A program made the translations under genes and the position numbers. A stretch of 64,000 nt of DNA from Ptychomitrium polyphyllum. Taxonomy: Eukaryota. The stretch lies in assembly GCA_973851085.1 (NCBI GenBank), contig OZ316775.1:4960001-5024000 (forward strand). The letters are read 5' to 3'. This document shows, in pieces, positions 12,616 to 25,198 of the stretch. The notes below the pieces were generated by a model, which saw only the letters and a program-made list of their open reading frames with translations, did no database searches and had not been told where the DNA came from. Positions within the stretch are counted from its first letter, which is position 1; each line of letters starts with the position of its first letter.

Positions 12616-14736
12616 ATGGCGTTTGGGGGGCAAGTGGCGGGGCCAGCCGGGTGTTATCAGGTGCGCGGGGTGCTCAGGTTGTCGATACCGCTCGCGCGGT
12701 GCGCTTATCAGCCAAAGCGAAGTTTTGTGTCGCCGATGAAGCCGCCGGGATGCAGATCGTTTTTGCTCTTGAGGCTGCTGCCGCAGTTTGACAGTCTGGT
12801 GCTGCAGAGAGGGAGAGATTCGGTTTTGCGTTACGACTCCCGTGGGGACCGAACGTTTTGTAAGACTTCTTTCCGCAATGTGATGACTGTAGCGGCTGCA
12901 GCGGAAGTGCCTGCGGTCGTGAAGCCGGTGGAGGAGCAGCTCGTCAAGAAGGGTATATTATTGCACTCGTATAGCCCTGGTACGGTGCGAGGGATTTGCC
13001 CGGAGTGTAAGGGCGGTTCCTCAGGAGAACATTCCTTGGCGGTGACTATTCCAGATGAAGAAGGACAACCGGCAATTTGGATGTGTCATAGAGCTACTTG
13101 TGGATGGAAAGGCCGTACATGGAAGGGTTCTTTGGCTTCGTCATTGGTGCAAACGGGGAATAGAGCTTACAAAGTTGGAAAGATCGTTAGACGTCCAGTA
13201 GTCAAGAAAGAGCACACATCAGAGAGTCTTAGGCTTGAGGCAGTGCAGCCTCAAGTTTTGAGTTATTTCAAGAACAGGGGTTTGTCTGAAGCGACGATTC
13301 TCGAAAACAACGTGGCACAACATCGTATAAACGCCACAGACCTCGCAATCGCGTTTCCTTATGTGCAGGATGGGAAGATTCTGAATTGCAAGTACCGGGA
13401 TGCCAAAAAGCGGTTTTGGCAGGTGAAGGATTCAGCGAAGGTGCTGTATGGATTGGATCACATCAAGGGCAATCGGGAGATCGTGATCGTGGAGGGGGAG
13501 TTTGATAAGCTGGCTATGTATGAGGCAGGCATTGTTAATTGTGTCAGTGTCCCTGATGGCGCTCCGGCTCAAGTCTCTGGAGCCGAACTCCCCCCTCCGA
13601 GAGAGGACAAGAAGTATGAGTACCTTTGGAACTGCAAAGAATATTTCAAGGATGCAACACGAATCATCTTGGCCACCGATTCTGACGAGCCCGGGCAAGC
13701 ATTGGCTGAGGAGCTTGCTCGCAGACTTGGACGAGAGCGTTGCTGGAGGATCACGTGGCCTGAAGATGAGAATGGGAAACAGTGCAAAGATGCTAATGAG
13801 GTACTTATGTCTTTCGGATCAGAAGGTGTGAAGGACCTTATAAGGAATGCAGAACTGTACCCAATTCGAGGACTATTTGACTTCCGGCAGTTTTTTAGAG
13901 AAATTGATGATTACTACTATCTTCGTCTTGGTGATGAGCGAGGTGTCTCTACTGGCTGGCGTGGTCTTGATGAAATTTACAGGGTTGTGCCTGGTGAGCT
14001 CACTGTCGTTACAGGAGTTCCAAACTCTGGTAAGAGTGAGTGGATCGACGCACTTATTTGTAACCTGAACAGGAGCAAGAAGTGGACGTTTGGTCTCTGC
14101 TCAATGGAAAATAAGGTACGTGAGCATGCTAGGAAGCTGATAGAGAAGCACATCCACCAACCATTTTTTGATGCGCCGTATTCAAGATCCACACCACGTA
14201 TGAGCAAAGAAGAGCTGGAAAGGGGCAAGAAATGGTTGCAAGATACTTTTTTTCTCATCAGACACGACGACGAGGAGCTTCCTTCGGTGGATTGGGTGCT
14301 GAATCTTGCGAAGGCGGCTGTGATGAGGCATGGAATTCGTGGGCTTGTTATTGATCCTTATAACGAGCTTGATCATCAGCGACCTGGGAATCAAACTGAA
14401 ACGGAGTATGTTAGTCAAATGCTTACAAAGATCAAGCGGTTTGCCCAGCACCATGATTGTCATGTCTGGTTTGTTGCACACCCGAGACAATTGCAAGTAT
14501 GGAGAGGTGAAGCACCTGGTCTGTACGATATTAGTGGCAGTGCTCATTTCATCAACAAGTGTGACAATGGCATTGTCATTCACCGCAACCGAGATGAAAA
14601 CATGGGGCCTCTTGACCAAGTGAAAGTGCTTGTGAGAAAAGTTCGTAACAAGGCGGCTGGAACCATAGGTGAAGCCACCTTACGATACAACAGAGTAACT
14701 GGAGATTATGAGGATGTCAGGGAGCCTTTGGTTTAG
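12616..14736 (+). CDS. TWINKLE: Organellar Twinkle DNA primase-helicase (T7 gp4-like), single coding exon
   Basis: Uninterrupted ORF with first ATG at 12616. It has an Arg/Ser/Leu-rich transit-peptide-like N-terminus, a Zn finger (CPECKGG...WMCHRATCGW), TOPRIM motifs (IVIVEGEFDKLAM, ILATDSDEPG, KDANEVL), and SF4 helicase Walker A GVPNSGKS, Walker B LVIDPYN, FVAHP and ISGSAHF. Confidence 0.95.
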   Translation: MAFGGQVAGPAGCYQVRGVLRLSIPLARCAYQPKRSFVSPMKPPGCRSFLLLRLLPQFDSLVLQRGRDSVLRYDSRGDRTFCKTSFRNVMTVAAAAEVPAVVKPVEEQLVKKGILLHSYSPGTVRGICPECKGGSSGEHSLAVTIPDEEGQPAIWMCHRATCGWKGRTWKGSLASSLVQTGNRAYKVGKIVRRPVVKKEHTSESLRLEAVQPQVLSYFKNRGLSEATILENNVAQHRINATDLAIAFPYVQDGKILNCKYRDAKKRFWQVKDSAKVLYGLDHIKGNREIVIVEGEFDKLAMYEAGIVNCVSVPDGAPAQVSGAELPPPREDKKYEYLWNCKEYFKDATRIILATDSDEPGQALAEELARRLGRERCWRITWPEDENGKQCKDANEVLMSFGSEGVKDLIRNAELYPIRGLFDFRQFFREIDDYYYLRLGDERGVSTGWRGLDEIYRVVPGELTVVTGVPNSGKSEWIDALICNLNRSKKWTFGLCSMENKVREHARKLIEKHIHQPFFDAPYSRSTPRMSKEELERGKKWLQDTFFLIRHDDEELPSVDWVLNLAKAAVMRHGIRGLVIDPYNELDHQRPGNQTETEYVSQMLTKIKRFAQHHDCHVWFVAHPRQLQVWRGEAPGLYDISGSAHFINKCDNGIVIHRNRDENMGPLDQVKVLVRKVRNKAAGTIGEATLRYNRVTGDYEDVREPLV

Positions 14737-16334
14737 CAACTCCAGTTCTAGCCGCGAAGCATCTTATGCTCAAAATTTAGTGAGGATACTTTGCTTAATC
14801 TCGTTCTTCACCTCCAGTTTACTAGCAGGAAGCTCCTGGGGTGAACCATCTGTATCATGTGTTTCTTCAATATTTTTATAGGAGCTGTGTAAGTGAAGCT
14901 TTTGACACAAACCCGTGGGTTTTACTTGTTCCAATTACGTCCAGTAAACTCGATATGTCTTAAGCTGATTTGTCTCACACTTCCGACTCCATATGAAACT
15001 GAAAGTCGATATATGTTATCATTTACTGAAGTGTTAACAACAACGTTTGTATCTACGTTTATCTAAACTTGCATAGCAGAAACGAGCAAACAGTTGTAAA
15101 TGCTCATCTGACACTACTTTGTGAATGATACATCTGAACGTAGAACGAACTCTTCAAATGCTGATACTGCGCTCCATCAATCGCGTGATCGTTTCGCGTT
15201 AGAGGCACTCCACCTCCACCAACCTGTGAGCGTAAGGGGTTCCTTCTGATCGCCGACCACATCCGTTAACTCTCGCCGTCCATCTGAGAGAACAACGTGA
15301 CGCTTTCTTTATTTTTCGTTCTATTTCGTGGCACTGGGTTTGGCGTCAATTGAGTGCTTATCTGTCACGGTAAAAGTTGGTCTTCGTCGAGCTTTTCGTT
15401 AAGCCAGGGCGGAGAGTACAGCGCCTTTTACCAGATATTTTCGCAATTTCTAGCATCTCTACTCTATTTAGAACTTCAGGGTGGCGGAATCTGGCACATA
15501 ATGTGGTACAGTCTTACTTTCTACACGCATGTCTCGGTGCAGTTTCCTGTGACGGAGTAACTTACTAGGTTTCAGATGAATCTGCGTGGCTGCGGTGATA
15601 TGTTTGTGGGTAGGTTTGTAGATGCGGATCTGTAAGTGGAGAAGCACATTGATGGGTACACACGACTTGGCCTTCTAATGCGCATACACCAACAAATTTT
15701 CAGCAATAAGGTTTCCAACATCCTCGCAACTGCCTGAACTTCTTCATTTCACTTGCTAGCTTCAGGGGATTGTTGTCTTTTATTCTTTATTGCAAGTTGA
15801 TGTTGGGGACATTGAATTTCTGTTTAGCGAAATCGTCTTAGGTCTTACTTGCTTAGTAGTGCATTACCTTTCGAAGAAATAGTTGCTATGGCGAGTTTGA
15901 TCTCTCATGTCTTGTTCTGAATCTCGTTGAGAGCCTCGAGTTACACTGGCGTGTAATAGTCGCTTCCCTCATAAATCTGAGCATTGGAGGTTGTTTCCAG
16001 GTTTTGGACTTTTACTGGTGACCTAAGTTTTGCGCCTGTCACCATGATTACTGAAATGTGGAGCTCATTGAGTGAGAGATTGAATTGTTTGTGAACTAGT
16101 TTGGAGTTCTCTACAGTAGATGGAGTTCTCTTTAGCTGTCATTCATTGTGCCCTAGAATATGAAGAGCATTCATCTCTGCTTATATGCAGTTATTTCTTG
16201 CAAGTTCGTCGGTGGCACTCTTCTCAGGACGGTAACTCTACCAATTTTTAAATCAGGCTTCGTGCTTTTCTTGTTTTGGCAGAGGTCATTGATAGAGCTT
16301 CGGTGTTTCTCGGCCCAATTAATTTTGGACACAA

Positions 16335-17557
16335 ATGGAGGTTCTATCTGTGGGCAGAACTTGTGTAAGTCCAACTTCTTTGAGTAACATCGATAGGAAA
16401 CTCAAACATTTTCCGACATGCCCTGTTATAGCTCGAAACTCTTCTTCCTTCCTCGGCTTCACTTTCTTGCCAAAAGGTCTCTCCTTTCCTAATACTTCAA
16501 ATCGCCAAGAAGGCCGCTTAGAGATAAGGGCACCATCAGCGTTGCTGAACGCACATGAGTACAGGAAACAACAGCTCGAGAAGGTGTTCTTGAAGGAAAT
16601 GGGGTCTGATACGTTCGAAAATGATAACGACGAGGATCTGTGCCCTATTGAATGTGTTCGCGAGATCAACAAACTGAGTGAGCTGGAGCATATAATTGAA
16701 GACTCAAAGAGCGTTGGTGCTTTAGTCGTTGTGGATTTCTTCCGTACTTCGTGCGGGAGTTGCCGATACATTGAAAAAGGATTCCAGAAGCTCTGCAAAG
16801 GAGCTGGGAATGGTGAAGCTTCTGTTATATTTTTGAAACATAATGTACGTATGACCTAACCTCTGCCTTTCAGGCTATGTTGTTGATGTCCTCAGTTAGT
16901 GGTTCTTCCAAGTAGCAATTCAAGTTCTACACGACTATTGAAAACTACACCTCTAACAGAAGGTGTATTCTGCATCAATTACCGATGCCCCTTACCCTTC
17001 TTAACACTCTTATACTTTGTTTTGTTTGGACCTTTGTTCTCTTTTGCTTGACAACTTATTTTACGAACCAGGCTTCTTTGGAACTGGAAGCAAAAAGTTT
17101 GCGGTTTTGAACGCACTCTGCGTTTGGAACTAACTTTGCAGTTGTTGATAAGTTTGACTACCATCGTGCGTGTGCAGGTTGTGGATGAGTATGACGAACA
17201 GTCCGACATAGCAGAGAAGTTTAGAATAAAGGTACAAAACGTCTCTCAAACAACTTGTTGGTGAATTTCTCTAGTTTGCATTTCTGCATCAATCTAGTGC
17301 TGTGAGGAGATCCTGGGCTCTAAGCTACATAAACAGGCTCTGTATCACTCTTATCTATGAGAGCCAGGCTGGTGATGTGACATGTAGTGTGTTAATAATG
17401 CGTGCAGGTTGTGCCACTGTTCCATTTTTACAAGGATGGAGAGCTTGTGGAATCCTTCCCAACTCGCGATAAAGCTAGAATTTTGGGGGCCATCTACAAA
17501 CATTTGGATGTTGATCAGACAGTCGAAGAGTGGAGTGACCTTCACGGACTCCACTGA
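16335..17557 (+). CDS. Chloroplast thioredoxin-like protein with atypical CGSC site (thioredoxin-like 4 / lilium-type 3 family)
   Basis: Exons 16335-16844, 17178-17231 and 17408-17557, all phase 0. After a transit-peptide-like N-terminus it reads LCPIECVRE...LVVVDFFRTSCGSCRYIEKGFQKLC...IFLKHNVVDEYDEQSDIAEKFRIKVVPLFHFYKDGELVESFPTRDK. Confidence 0.9.
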
Positions 17558-19836
17558 GAGGCAAACTTTGTTCAAAAGAAGGTGGTTTTTGCATTCATGC
17601 TAGAGTTTTGTGGGGAGTTTTTTTACTATTCAGTGATTGGGGTTTGCCAGTACTAAAATAAATACTTGAATAAATACTTGAATAGAATTGTAGGAATAGA
17701 AGTATGTGCCAATGTGACGAAGTTGATTTTTTATTCTAAAATGGCCTTGGGGAAACGAATGTTTAGAGATTTACACAATAATACTTTTTTGAAATTTTTA
17801 CATTAAAAGTGTCATATTATAAAAGTCACTTCATTAGATTTTGTCCAAAAATTGTTGTTGTATTGCTTGATATATGATTTTTTTTAATTTGAATTTAAAC
17901 TTCAAAATCTATTCTATTATTAAGTAAGGTTTTTTGTAACTGTTTTCATCAAATTATTCTATGTAGAATGTTTATTTTATGTGTAATGTTATGTTGCATG
18001 GACTTACGTGTGCAGGAAATGTGTTTTTTAAAAGATTATAAATGTGACATTGGTTTGGCATCCTTATGATATAAGCTATTTATGGTTTAAATTGTAGGGA
18101 TTTGTGTATTTATTTTGTGATTTGAGTATACAATTAGATTGATGTTGGTGTGGTTTTATTTTGGTTTTTGTTGTGGTTGTGTTGTTGGAGAAAACTTGAG
18201 TGAATTGGTTACCTAAAAATTAGTGAACAATTTGGTTTATGATGTTCACTTTCCAAGCAACCAAATGGTGATAACTTCTCACTAAACTATATGTTGATGA
18301 CTTTTTGAGTGGCCAAATAGAGGACGTTTTTTATTGGTCCGCATAATGGGAGCTTTTCATTAGTTGGGAGATCAAATGAAATTGAGGATTTAAAGAAAAA
18401 GAAGTGGAGTATTGAAGCATTTGAGTTGGTATTGAAGTAAAAGGTCATATTGTGGAATTTGTATTTAGAAGGTGTTGAAATGCAATGCATAATTTTGTAG
18501 CATTTATCTTAAATGTTAAGTTGGCTAAATTTGAATTATACAGTTTAATTCATTGCGTGTAATTGAGGAATGTTTTGATTAATTTCTAGCAATATTGGTT
18601 GGGACCTTTATCATTTTTGTGTTATATTGAACTTAATGCTTTTTTAGAGCCTTAGATTATTTATTTCCTATGATATATCACAATTCTTTTTGTATGCATT
18701 TACTTAAGTTTTGTAATTAATGGGTAGCTTAAATACTAAGATTTGTAATGCATACAAGTGAAAAATTAGAATCTTTTGGTGAGTTGAAAATCATAGAAGA
18801 TAATCATTTTCTTAACACTTTGACTTGAATTAATGTGTACAATTGTAATCTTTCAAGGTAGGAGAAAAAGGCCACTTTTAAAAGTATCAAATGAATGTCC
18901 ATGATCTAATTTAGTATCTAATATTTAATTGCTATTAATAATGTATTGTTTTTGTAAGCCTTTCATAATACAAATCAATTGGAGTAAATAATATTACATA
19001 TTAGTGTAATTCAAAGTTTACAATGGTAGTATATAGTATTGTGCCATATTTAGCAAAAAATCTACAAAAAAGAATTACATATTTTATGATCTTTATTTTT
19101 TTAGATGTAAAATCTTATACCTAAAATCATATGTTTTGAAAAGAATTTAGTAGTGCTTTTTGCCAAACATCTCAGATGTTATCAGCATATAAAATAAGTC
19201 GATATATTATTTTTATGAATGAAAGATGTATACAAATGCTTAATACAAATCAAATTAGTTTATTACAAATTATAATTGTAAATGTAAATATAATTTCGTA
19301 AAAAGTTATATAAATATGATTTAAATTTAAAGTTATTCAATTTTATTCTTTAAAGATGTGAAGAATAATAGTAAGATGTCAAAAGAAATTTTCTCATGAA
19401 TGCACTACTTTTTAATACATTTTTTAACTTATCATAATTTGTGAAATAGGTTAGATCTTACATCAACAATGATAATTGTTATAATTTAAATAAAATAATT
19501 TTTTCATCAACAAAATATAATTGCTACATTAAATGCAGTACTTAGGTAGTCCAAAAACTTATTCTACCTTCTTTATAAATATTTTGAAGTATCTACCAAC
19601 TACATATATTTTGGAAATATGAAATTCAAAATATTAATATAATGTAAAATCTTAAGAAGACAGGAAGAAACAACCCATATAACCTAGTTCTAAGAGTATG
19701 AAGTAACCTTGATCATCCTTTAAATAAAATAACATATACATAATATAATCATGCGCCACTAATACAACACAGCATCTCACCATGTACTCTACTATACAGA
19801 AAGGTCACACCAAAACCGTTGTGTAAAGCGAAGTGA

Positions 19837-19925
19837 CACCTGGCAGGGGCCACCTGGCAGGGGCCACCCGCGCAAAGAGTAGCAAGCGGTAGCATCCATC
19901 CTCGTCCCCTCCTCGTCCCCTCCTC
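19837..19925 (+). repeat. Two short tandem duplications in the UVSSA promoter/5' region
   Basis: CACCTGGCAGGGGC x2 (19837-19864) and CCTCGTCCCCT x2 (19900-19921). Confidence 0.7.
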
Positions 19926-20076
19926 ATCCGTCTTTTTATCCTTGCCTCACCAGGGCGTCAACCGGATCTCATCCGGATTTCACATGGATATAAGCCAGTC
20001 CGAACCTGGGTCTCAACCGACCCGCGGCTGCAAGGTGATCTTCAACCAAGGCGATGGCGATGGCGATGGCGGATTC

Positions 20077-23000
20077 ATGAAGTGGGGATCTTCACAACAG
20101 ACAGAGGAGGCGACGGCAGCGATGGAGGCCGGCGAGGATGTGCGAGAGCGGAGCAGGCTGATGGACCTCATCGACGAGGCGACCGTCTCGCCCGCGAAGA
20201 GCCTGGACGTGGGGTTGCTGCACGCCGTGAAGGCTCTGGTGCGCTCCTCCGACGCCAACGTGCACACTGCCTTTGACACCTTGTTCGACAAGCTCAAGAA
20301 GAATCACTCGCAGGTCAGCACTGCTTCACCAAATCTAAGCTCAAGTCTCTTTCCTCCTGAAGGTTAAGTTACTCCTCTATTGCGTTGGACGACGGGAAGA
20401 TGAACTGCCGTGGTGTCTGGGCGTATTGGTGTAGTGTGAATTGATTCAGGGTTGGAAGTGGATGGCGGTGAAGTTCATTTCTACCAGTGGTTCTTTTGTA
20501 ACATAAACGTGTGTGGAGACTGAACGTTTTTGTGTAAGGAGTTGATGTGATTTAGGAAGGGTTTGTAAAGTTGTTGAATCTAATGGACTGTCAAAGGATT
20601 GGTCTATTGCTATTAGGGTTTCTTTTTGTGGAGATTGACGAGGCCTCGTTGGCGATGTTGCCTTGCTTGACAAGAGGAGGTCGTCTCGATTTTGAGAAGT
20701 TTGAAGTCAAGAGAGGTTATTCAATTGTGGGAGGTTTTATGTAGCTGGGAAGGGTTGATACATTCTTCTGTTCACATTTTAAGTTGGTAAAATTAGGGTC
20801 GAGGTGATTTGTACTTATTTATTTCAACGGTAGTTAACATGCAAAGGACTGGATAATGCACTGCACTCTCCCAGAATTGCAGTTTTGGAAAGCCCGGTAT
20901 GAAACCACTCTTCTTTTTCCTGCAGCGAATGAATATTTTTTCTTTTGACAGGTGCGTTTCCTCGCAGTTCTTCTTATTGATGAGCTATTCATGCGGTCGA
21001 AGCTGTTCCGGTCGCTGCTTGTTCCGAAATTCGAGATGTTCATACTTCTCACTATTGGATACAGAGGTGATTACCCACTTCCAAAGCCGCCTGATCGAGC
21101 TACCTTGCTGAGAACCACAAGCATGGAGCTTGTGGAGAAGTGGAACGATTCCTTTGGTGTGCACTACAAGCAAGTTCGTTTGGGGTATGAGTATTTGAAA
21201 AAGACCCTTAGGTTGCAGTTTCCCAATCTTAGGGCAGCAGCTGCACTGGCGGAACAGCAGCGACAGGAAAAAGAAGCGAGAACACAGGTATGATTCAGCC
21301 CTTGGGTGTATTTTCTAATTTATTAGAGTGTCAGCTATTTCTCTGTGTCTTTGAGAGGAAATTTGGAGAATATGATCATGCTGGAGTGACACCGTTCCCA
21401 GACATATTATCGTTCATTTTAGTTCAGGAATAAGGGTTTGAGTGATTATGCAGACGTGTGGTACTGACGGAATGCGATAAAGTTATGTCCACTTTTCTAA
21501 ACTTGAGTATCTGCGAATTCATGTTATACAGGCACTGATCCAGAAGAAGTACGAGAGCTTATGCCAAGACTTTTCTGAGTTGAGAGGTGAAATTCAAGCG
21601 ACCCTGAATGAAATAGTTGAATGCTGCAAGATACTTGAGCCAGAGATTGTATCTGCACCAGAAGGGAACGAACCTGTATCTGGGGCAGGTCTGGAGAGTC
21701 CTGTATTTGGAGACGATGACGATTATGAAGAATACGGTGATTCCAGTCTCAGGCGGCAACTTCATGAAGAGGTTTCGGAAGAGGTCTCTGTTTCTGAGAA
21801 GCCGGTATGTGTTGACATTTTTTTATAGACTTTTAGCATTGGCTTTGATGTGGATTTGGTGTGATGGGAGGACGTCCTGTCATGTATCATTTGTAGTGTA
21901 GTCGCTAGACGCAGAAGTTGGCTGATCTTGAGCTTGGCTTTGCTTTGAGATCGACATTAGCATCTTTTGGTGCGAAATGCGTCTCAGATTTAACTATAGT
22001 GTACCTGATTGATGCAGAAAGAGACTACTGATAATTCAGCAGTGTTTGAAACTCTCCGGGACCTTTACAAGTTGGTGTCTTTGAATCACCTTAGAACCAC
22101 CCAGGAGTGGCTATCGATTTTGATGAGGGTGGATGCTTCGGATACACGGCGTCGTGATGCATGTCTGAAAGAGGTGATTGACTTGCGCACACAGCTGTTG
22201 GGTTCCCTCGGCAAGTGCGAAAACTTAGGCATTGACCGCACAGAAAGAGCTTCAACAAGTAGAACTTCAGTTGATAAAGTTGATGATGAGGATATCATCT
22301 GGGAGGCAGGAGATGTAGAGACGGATAAAGACCCGGTTGACACTGCAAGTACATCACATCGTGTCAATACTGAAAAAGGTGAGGCCTTTTACTTACTGAA
22401 GCTCTTGGGTAAGTGGCATAGCTGATGTGACTCGGTAAGAGCGGTTCTGTTGTTTTGACTTACAGCTTTTCATTTGGTTATACTCGGAGGCTTTCTCTGT
22501 TTGCTTGACTCTATATGTATATTCTTCACATATATGTTATCGAGTCGTCCAAGAATGGTGTGTGTAGGTGAATCTGGAAGTAGTCGAACAGGGAACAATG
22601 TTCACCAAGTACTTTGGACCATTATATTCAGCCGTTTTAAAATTCTGAAGTGTGTTCTGGCCTGTGCAGATTCAAAAACGTCTGCTTCAAGAAATGAGGA
22701 CCCAGCCAGTTCATCTGTAGTTACTCGCTCCGAAGTAAACACGAAAACAGTGGACACGGGTCCAAGAGCGGAGTTGTTAGGAGAGGCCCCAGTTCTCCCT
22801 TACGGTTCATTCTTGGACAATTGGGGTTCAAAGAGTGACGTTCCTGCCAATCAGCGAGGCTTAGAGATGGAGAATCACTGGGGTAGGTTTGATAGTGAGG
22901 CAATGATTCCAGTTGAGAGAATTGCGGAAATGAATGTTCGTTCTTCTTTTTATAAGCCTCCTGAAAGAGAAATTATTCCATGTCGAGCACCATTAAAAAA

Positions 23001-23619
23001 AGGAGGACTTTGCCTGCGACGGGACCTACATCGGTGCCCGCTTCACGGACCCATCATCCTACGCGATGAAAACGGCCACCCCGTGCAAACACCAGAAATT
23101 GATATAGCTGAATCCAAACTAGAAGAGAAGGAGCCTGTGGAGTTCCCGGAGGTCAGTGCGGGAGGCTTTCATCCTGCTTCAAGTTCATCAATGGGTGCAC
23201 CTTCACCCCTGATTTCTGAGGCCGAGTTGGCTATGCAAGCGATTGTTAACGTGCGAGAGAGGGATGAATTTGAGGCAAGGAAGAGAAGAGACGAAAAGGT
23301 CACGGCCAAGCGAAAACAATCCAAGAGAGACAGAGAGCACAATGATACAGTTCTGAGAGCAGCCGCATTGTCACAAAGTCATCAAGGATTTCAGAATTTA
23401 TTCGATGAACAGTTTGACGATGATGTAAAAACGAGGGGAGGAAAGAAAAAGACACGAGGTGGATTGACTGCATTGCTGAAGAAGACTCCCACTGCTAAGG
23501 AACGAATTGCTCAAAGACTGCTCAACAGCCGAGTGCGTGAAAATACAGTAAATGAGCTTGCTAGGATAGAAGAGTCCAGACACCGGGATGCTTCTGCCAA
23601 TCAGTGGAGTTTGAAGTGA
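20077..23619 (+). CDS. UVSSA: UV-stimulated scaffold protein A homologue (transcription-coupled repair)
   Basis: Exons 20077-20313, 20952-21287, 21532-21804, 22018-22378 and 22670-23619. N-terminal VHS-like domain (KLKKNHSQVRFLAVLLIDELFMRSKLFR, PLPKP, LVEKWNDSFG..YKQVRLGYEYLK), DUF2043-type region (ENHWG) and Zn finger CRAPLKKGGLCLRRDLHRCPLHGPIILRD. Confidence 0.9.
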
Positions 23620-23780
23620 TTAGCAAGATCCTTAAAGAATGGAGTTGAAGCTGGGATTCATTTTTTAGATCATGCTGCTGTTTGGTTCTAATGAATTACC
23701 CTCGTTGGACATCCCTCTAGTTGCGCTCAATTCGAGGGCATTGTATTCCAATATCTGGTTGTGCCGCCTTAGAGGTATGC

Positions 23781-24410
23781 TACGTCTTGCTGGGTCAACC
23801 TTGGTATCGAGCTACGTTTGGCTGAAGTAGCTTACGTCACTACAGGACTAGGCAATATTCAATCACCCACTGAATATGTTGACATCCAGAAAGCACCCTA
23901 TTCTAGCATATTGTCGTTTTACGGGTTGAACAATTTCATATCTCGTCTCTAACTCTTTGCTTTTGTTTCATTCTTTCATTTCTTTCTCACAAAACATTCT
24001 GGTTATTGTTATCGTACAGTCCACACGTGCTTGTCTTGTACTACATGAACACGGCCTTGATTTGATGAAGCTATTGATAATGTACTGTACGTATCCATTG
24101 CCACGTCCTGAGTCCACGGCCTTATTAGACTTTCCCAATCACAATTCTGCATCAGGTTGGGGTAGAGTGACGTAAAATACTTAAAAGTAACTCCTAACAG
24201 TCAAAAGTTGGAGGTCAAGATGTCAAAGATGACGTCAAGCCCGTATACCTCTCTGCAGGTCATGGGGTGGCCTTCCAACGCCTCACAGAAAGCGGTGCCA
24301 GTATGATTGCTATGAAAACATTCGAAAAATTCCAGAAATGCTTTTGAAGTCGAAAACGTCACGCCAGAACCACGTCATGACAGAATGCAGAAAATTGGTG
24401 ACAACGTGCT
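23781..24410 (+). promoter_or_regulatory. Dense cluster of ACGT-core (G-box/ABRE/C-box-like) elements upstream of the alpha/beta-hydrolase
   Basis: About 11 ACGT cores in ~630 bp, including CACGTG (24024), GCCACGTC (24100), TGACGTAA (24168), TGACGTCA (24230) and CCACGTCA (24370). Confidence 0.4.
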
Positions 24411-25198
24411 GGGGATAGCAGCCGAAGTTTAAGAACTTCTCTCTTTCTGAAACCCTCAGCCTGAGCATCACCTAATCTGGATTGCAGGTCCAATTTAGCT
24501 GCAGCATGTGTCAGAGTCGCGGATGTCGCACAGCTCCGACGCATCTGTCTGACCCATTGCTAGAGTCCGCTGATTCGAATTGCATGATCGACACTCCGGT
24601 TTGAATGCTGTAGCTCCGCAGCGCCACTTTCACTTCGAAGATTTGTTACAGCTCTGTGGACATAGCGTGGGGAGAGAAAACGACAGCCCAGTGGCTCGGC
24701 TGCGCTGCATGTAAGGGCCTGGTGCATTTTGCTATTCATTTCTTCACACTTATCTCAAGGCAAGAATTGGGTTTTGCTTTCTTGAGTAGGCAGGCCATCT
24801 CAAACTCTTCTTGACGACAAATGACTGAGGAGTCGAAATTGGAGTATCACAAGGACGTTACACTTCACAGTCTAAGTTTTACAACAGCGTCCTTTCAAAT
24901 TATGGAAGGTAGGACATTATTTAGAGGATTTTCCTAGCAGGTTAATCTTTAGCGTTCGACTCGGTGGTATTTTCGTTCTTGTAAAGCAACCTTCTTCTTT
25001 CGAGCATGATTATTTTGACGAGGGGACGCTTGCCTATTGCAGCAACAGATTACTCCGAGATGAGTGTGCGAATCTCTATTTGATTTGACATTGTATGACG
25101 AAGTGGTGTCCTAGAAGTAGATTTTAATTGGTTTGAGACGATCTCTTTAATAACGGTGGCTCTGTCTTGTTGAATCTTCAGTGGTGAGATAGAATCTA

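Noticed and set aside
12616..14736. Twinkle as a recent phage or bacterial horizontal transfer because it is intronless and T7 gp4-like
   Set aside because: The sequence matches the plant nuclear Twinkle type, has a transit-peptide-like N-terminus, and has no neighbouring phage genes.
18290..18495. Short protein-like frame (DDFLSGQIEDVFIGPHNGSF...) in an AT-rich block
   Set aside because: It is interrupted by stops and has no recognisable family, so it cannot be supported without a search.
24822..24909. Upstream coding exon (MTEESKLEYHKD...) for the hydrolase
   Set aside because: Splicing to the nearest acceptors meets an in-frame TAG or the wrong frame before ATG 25199. At most it is a uORF or 5' UTR exon.
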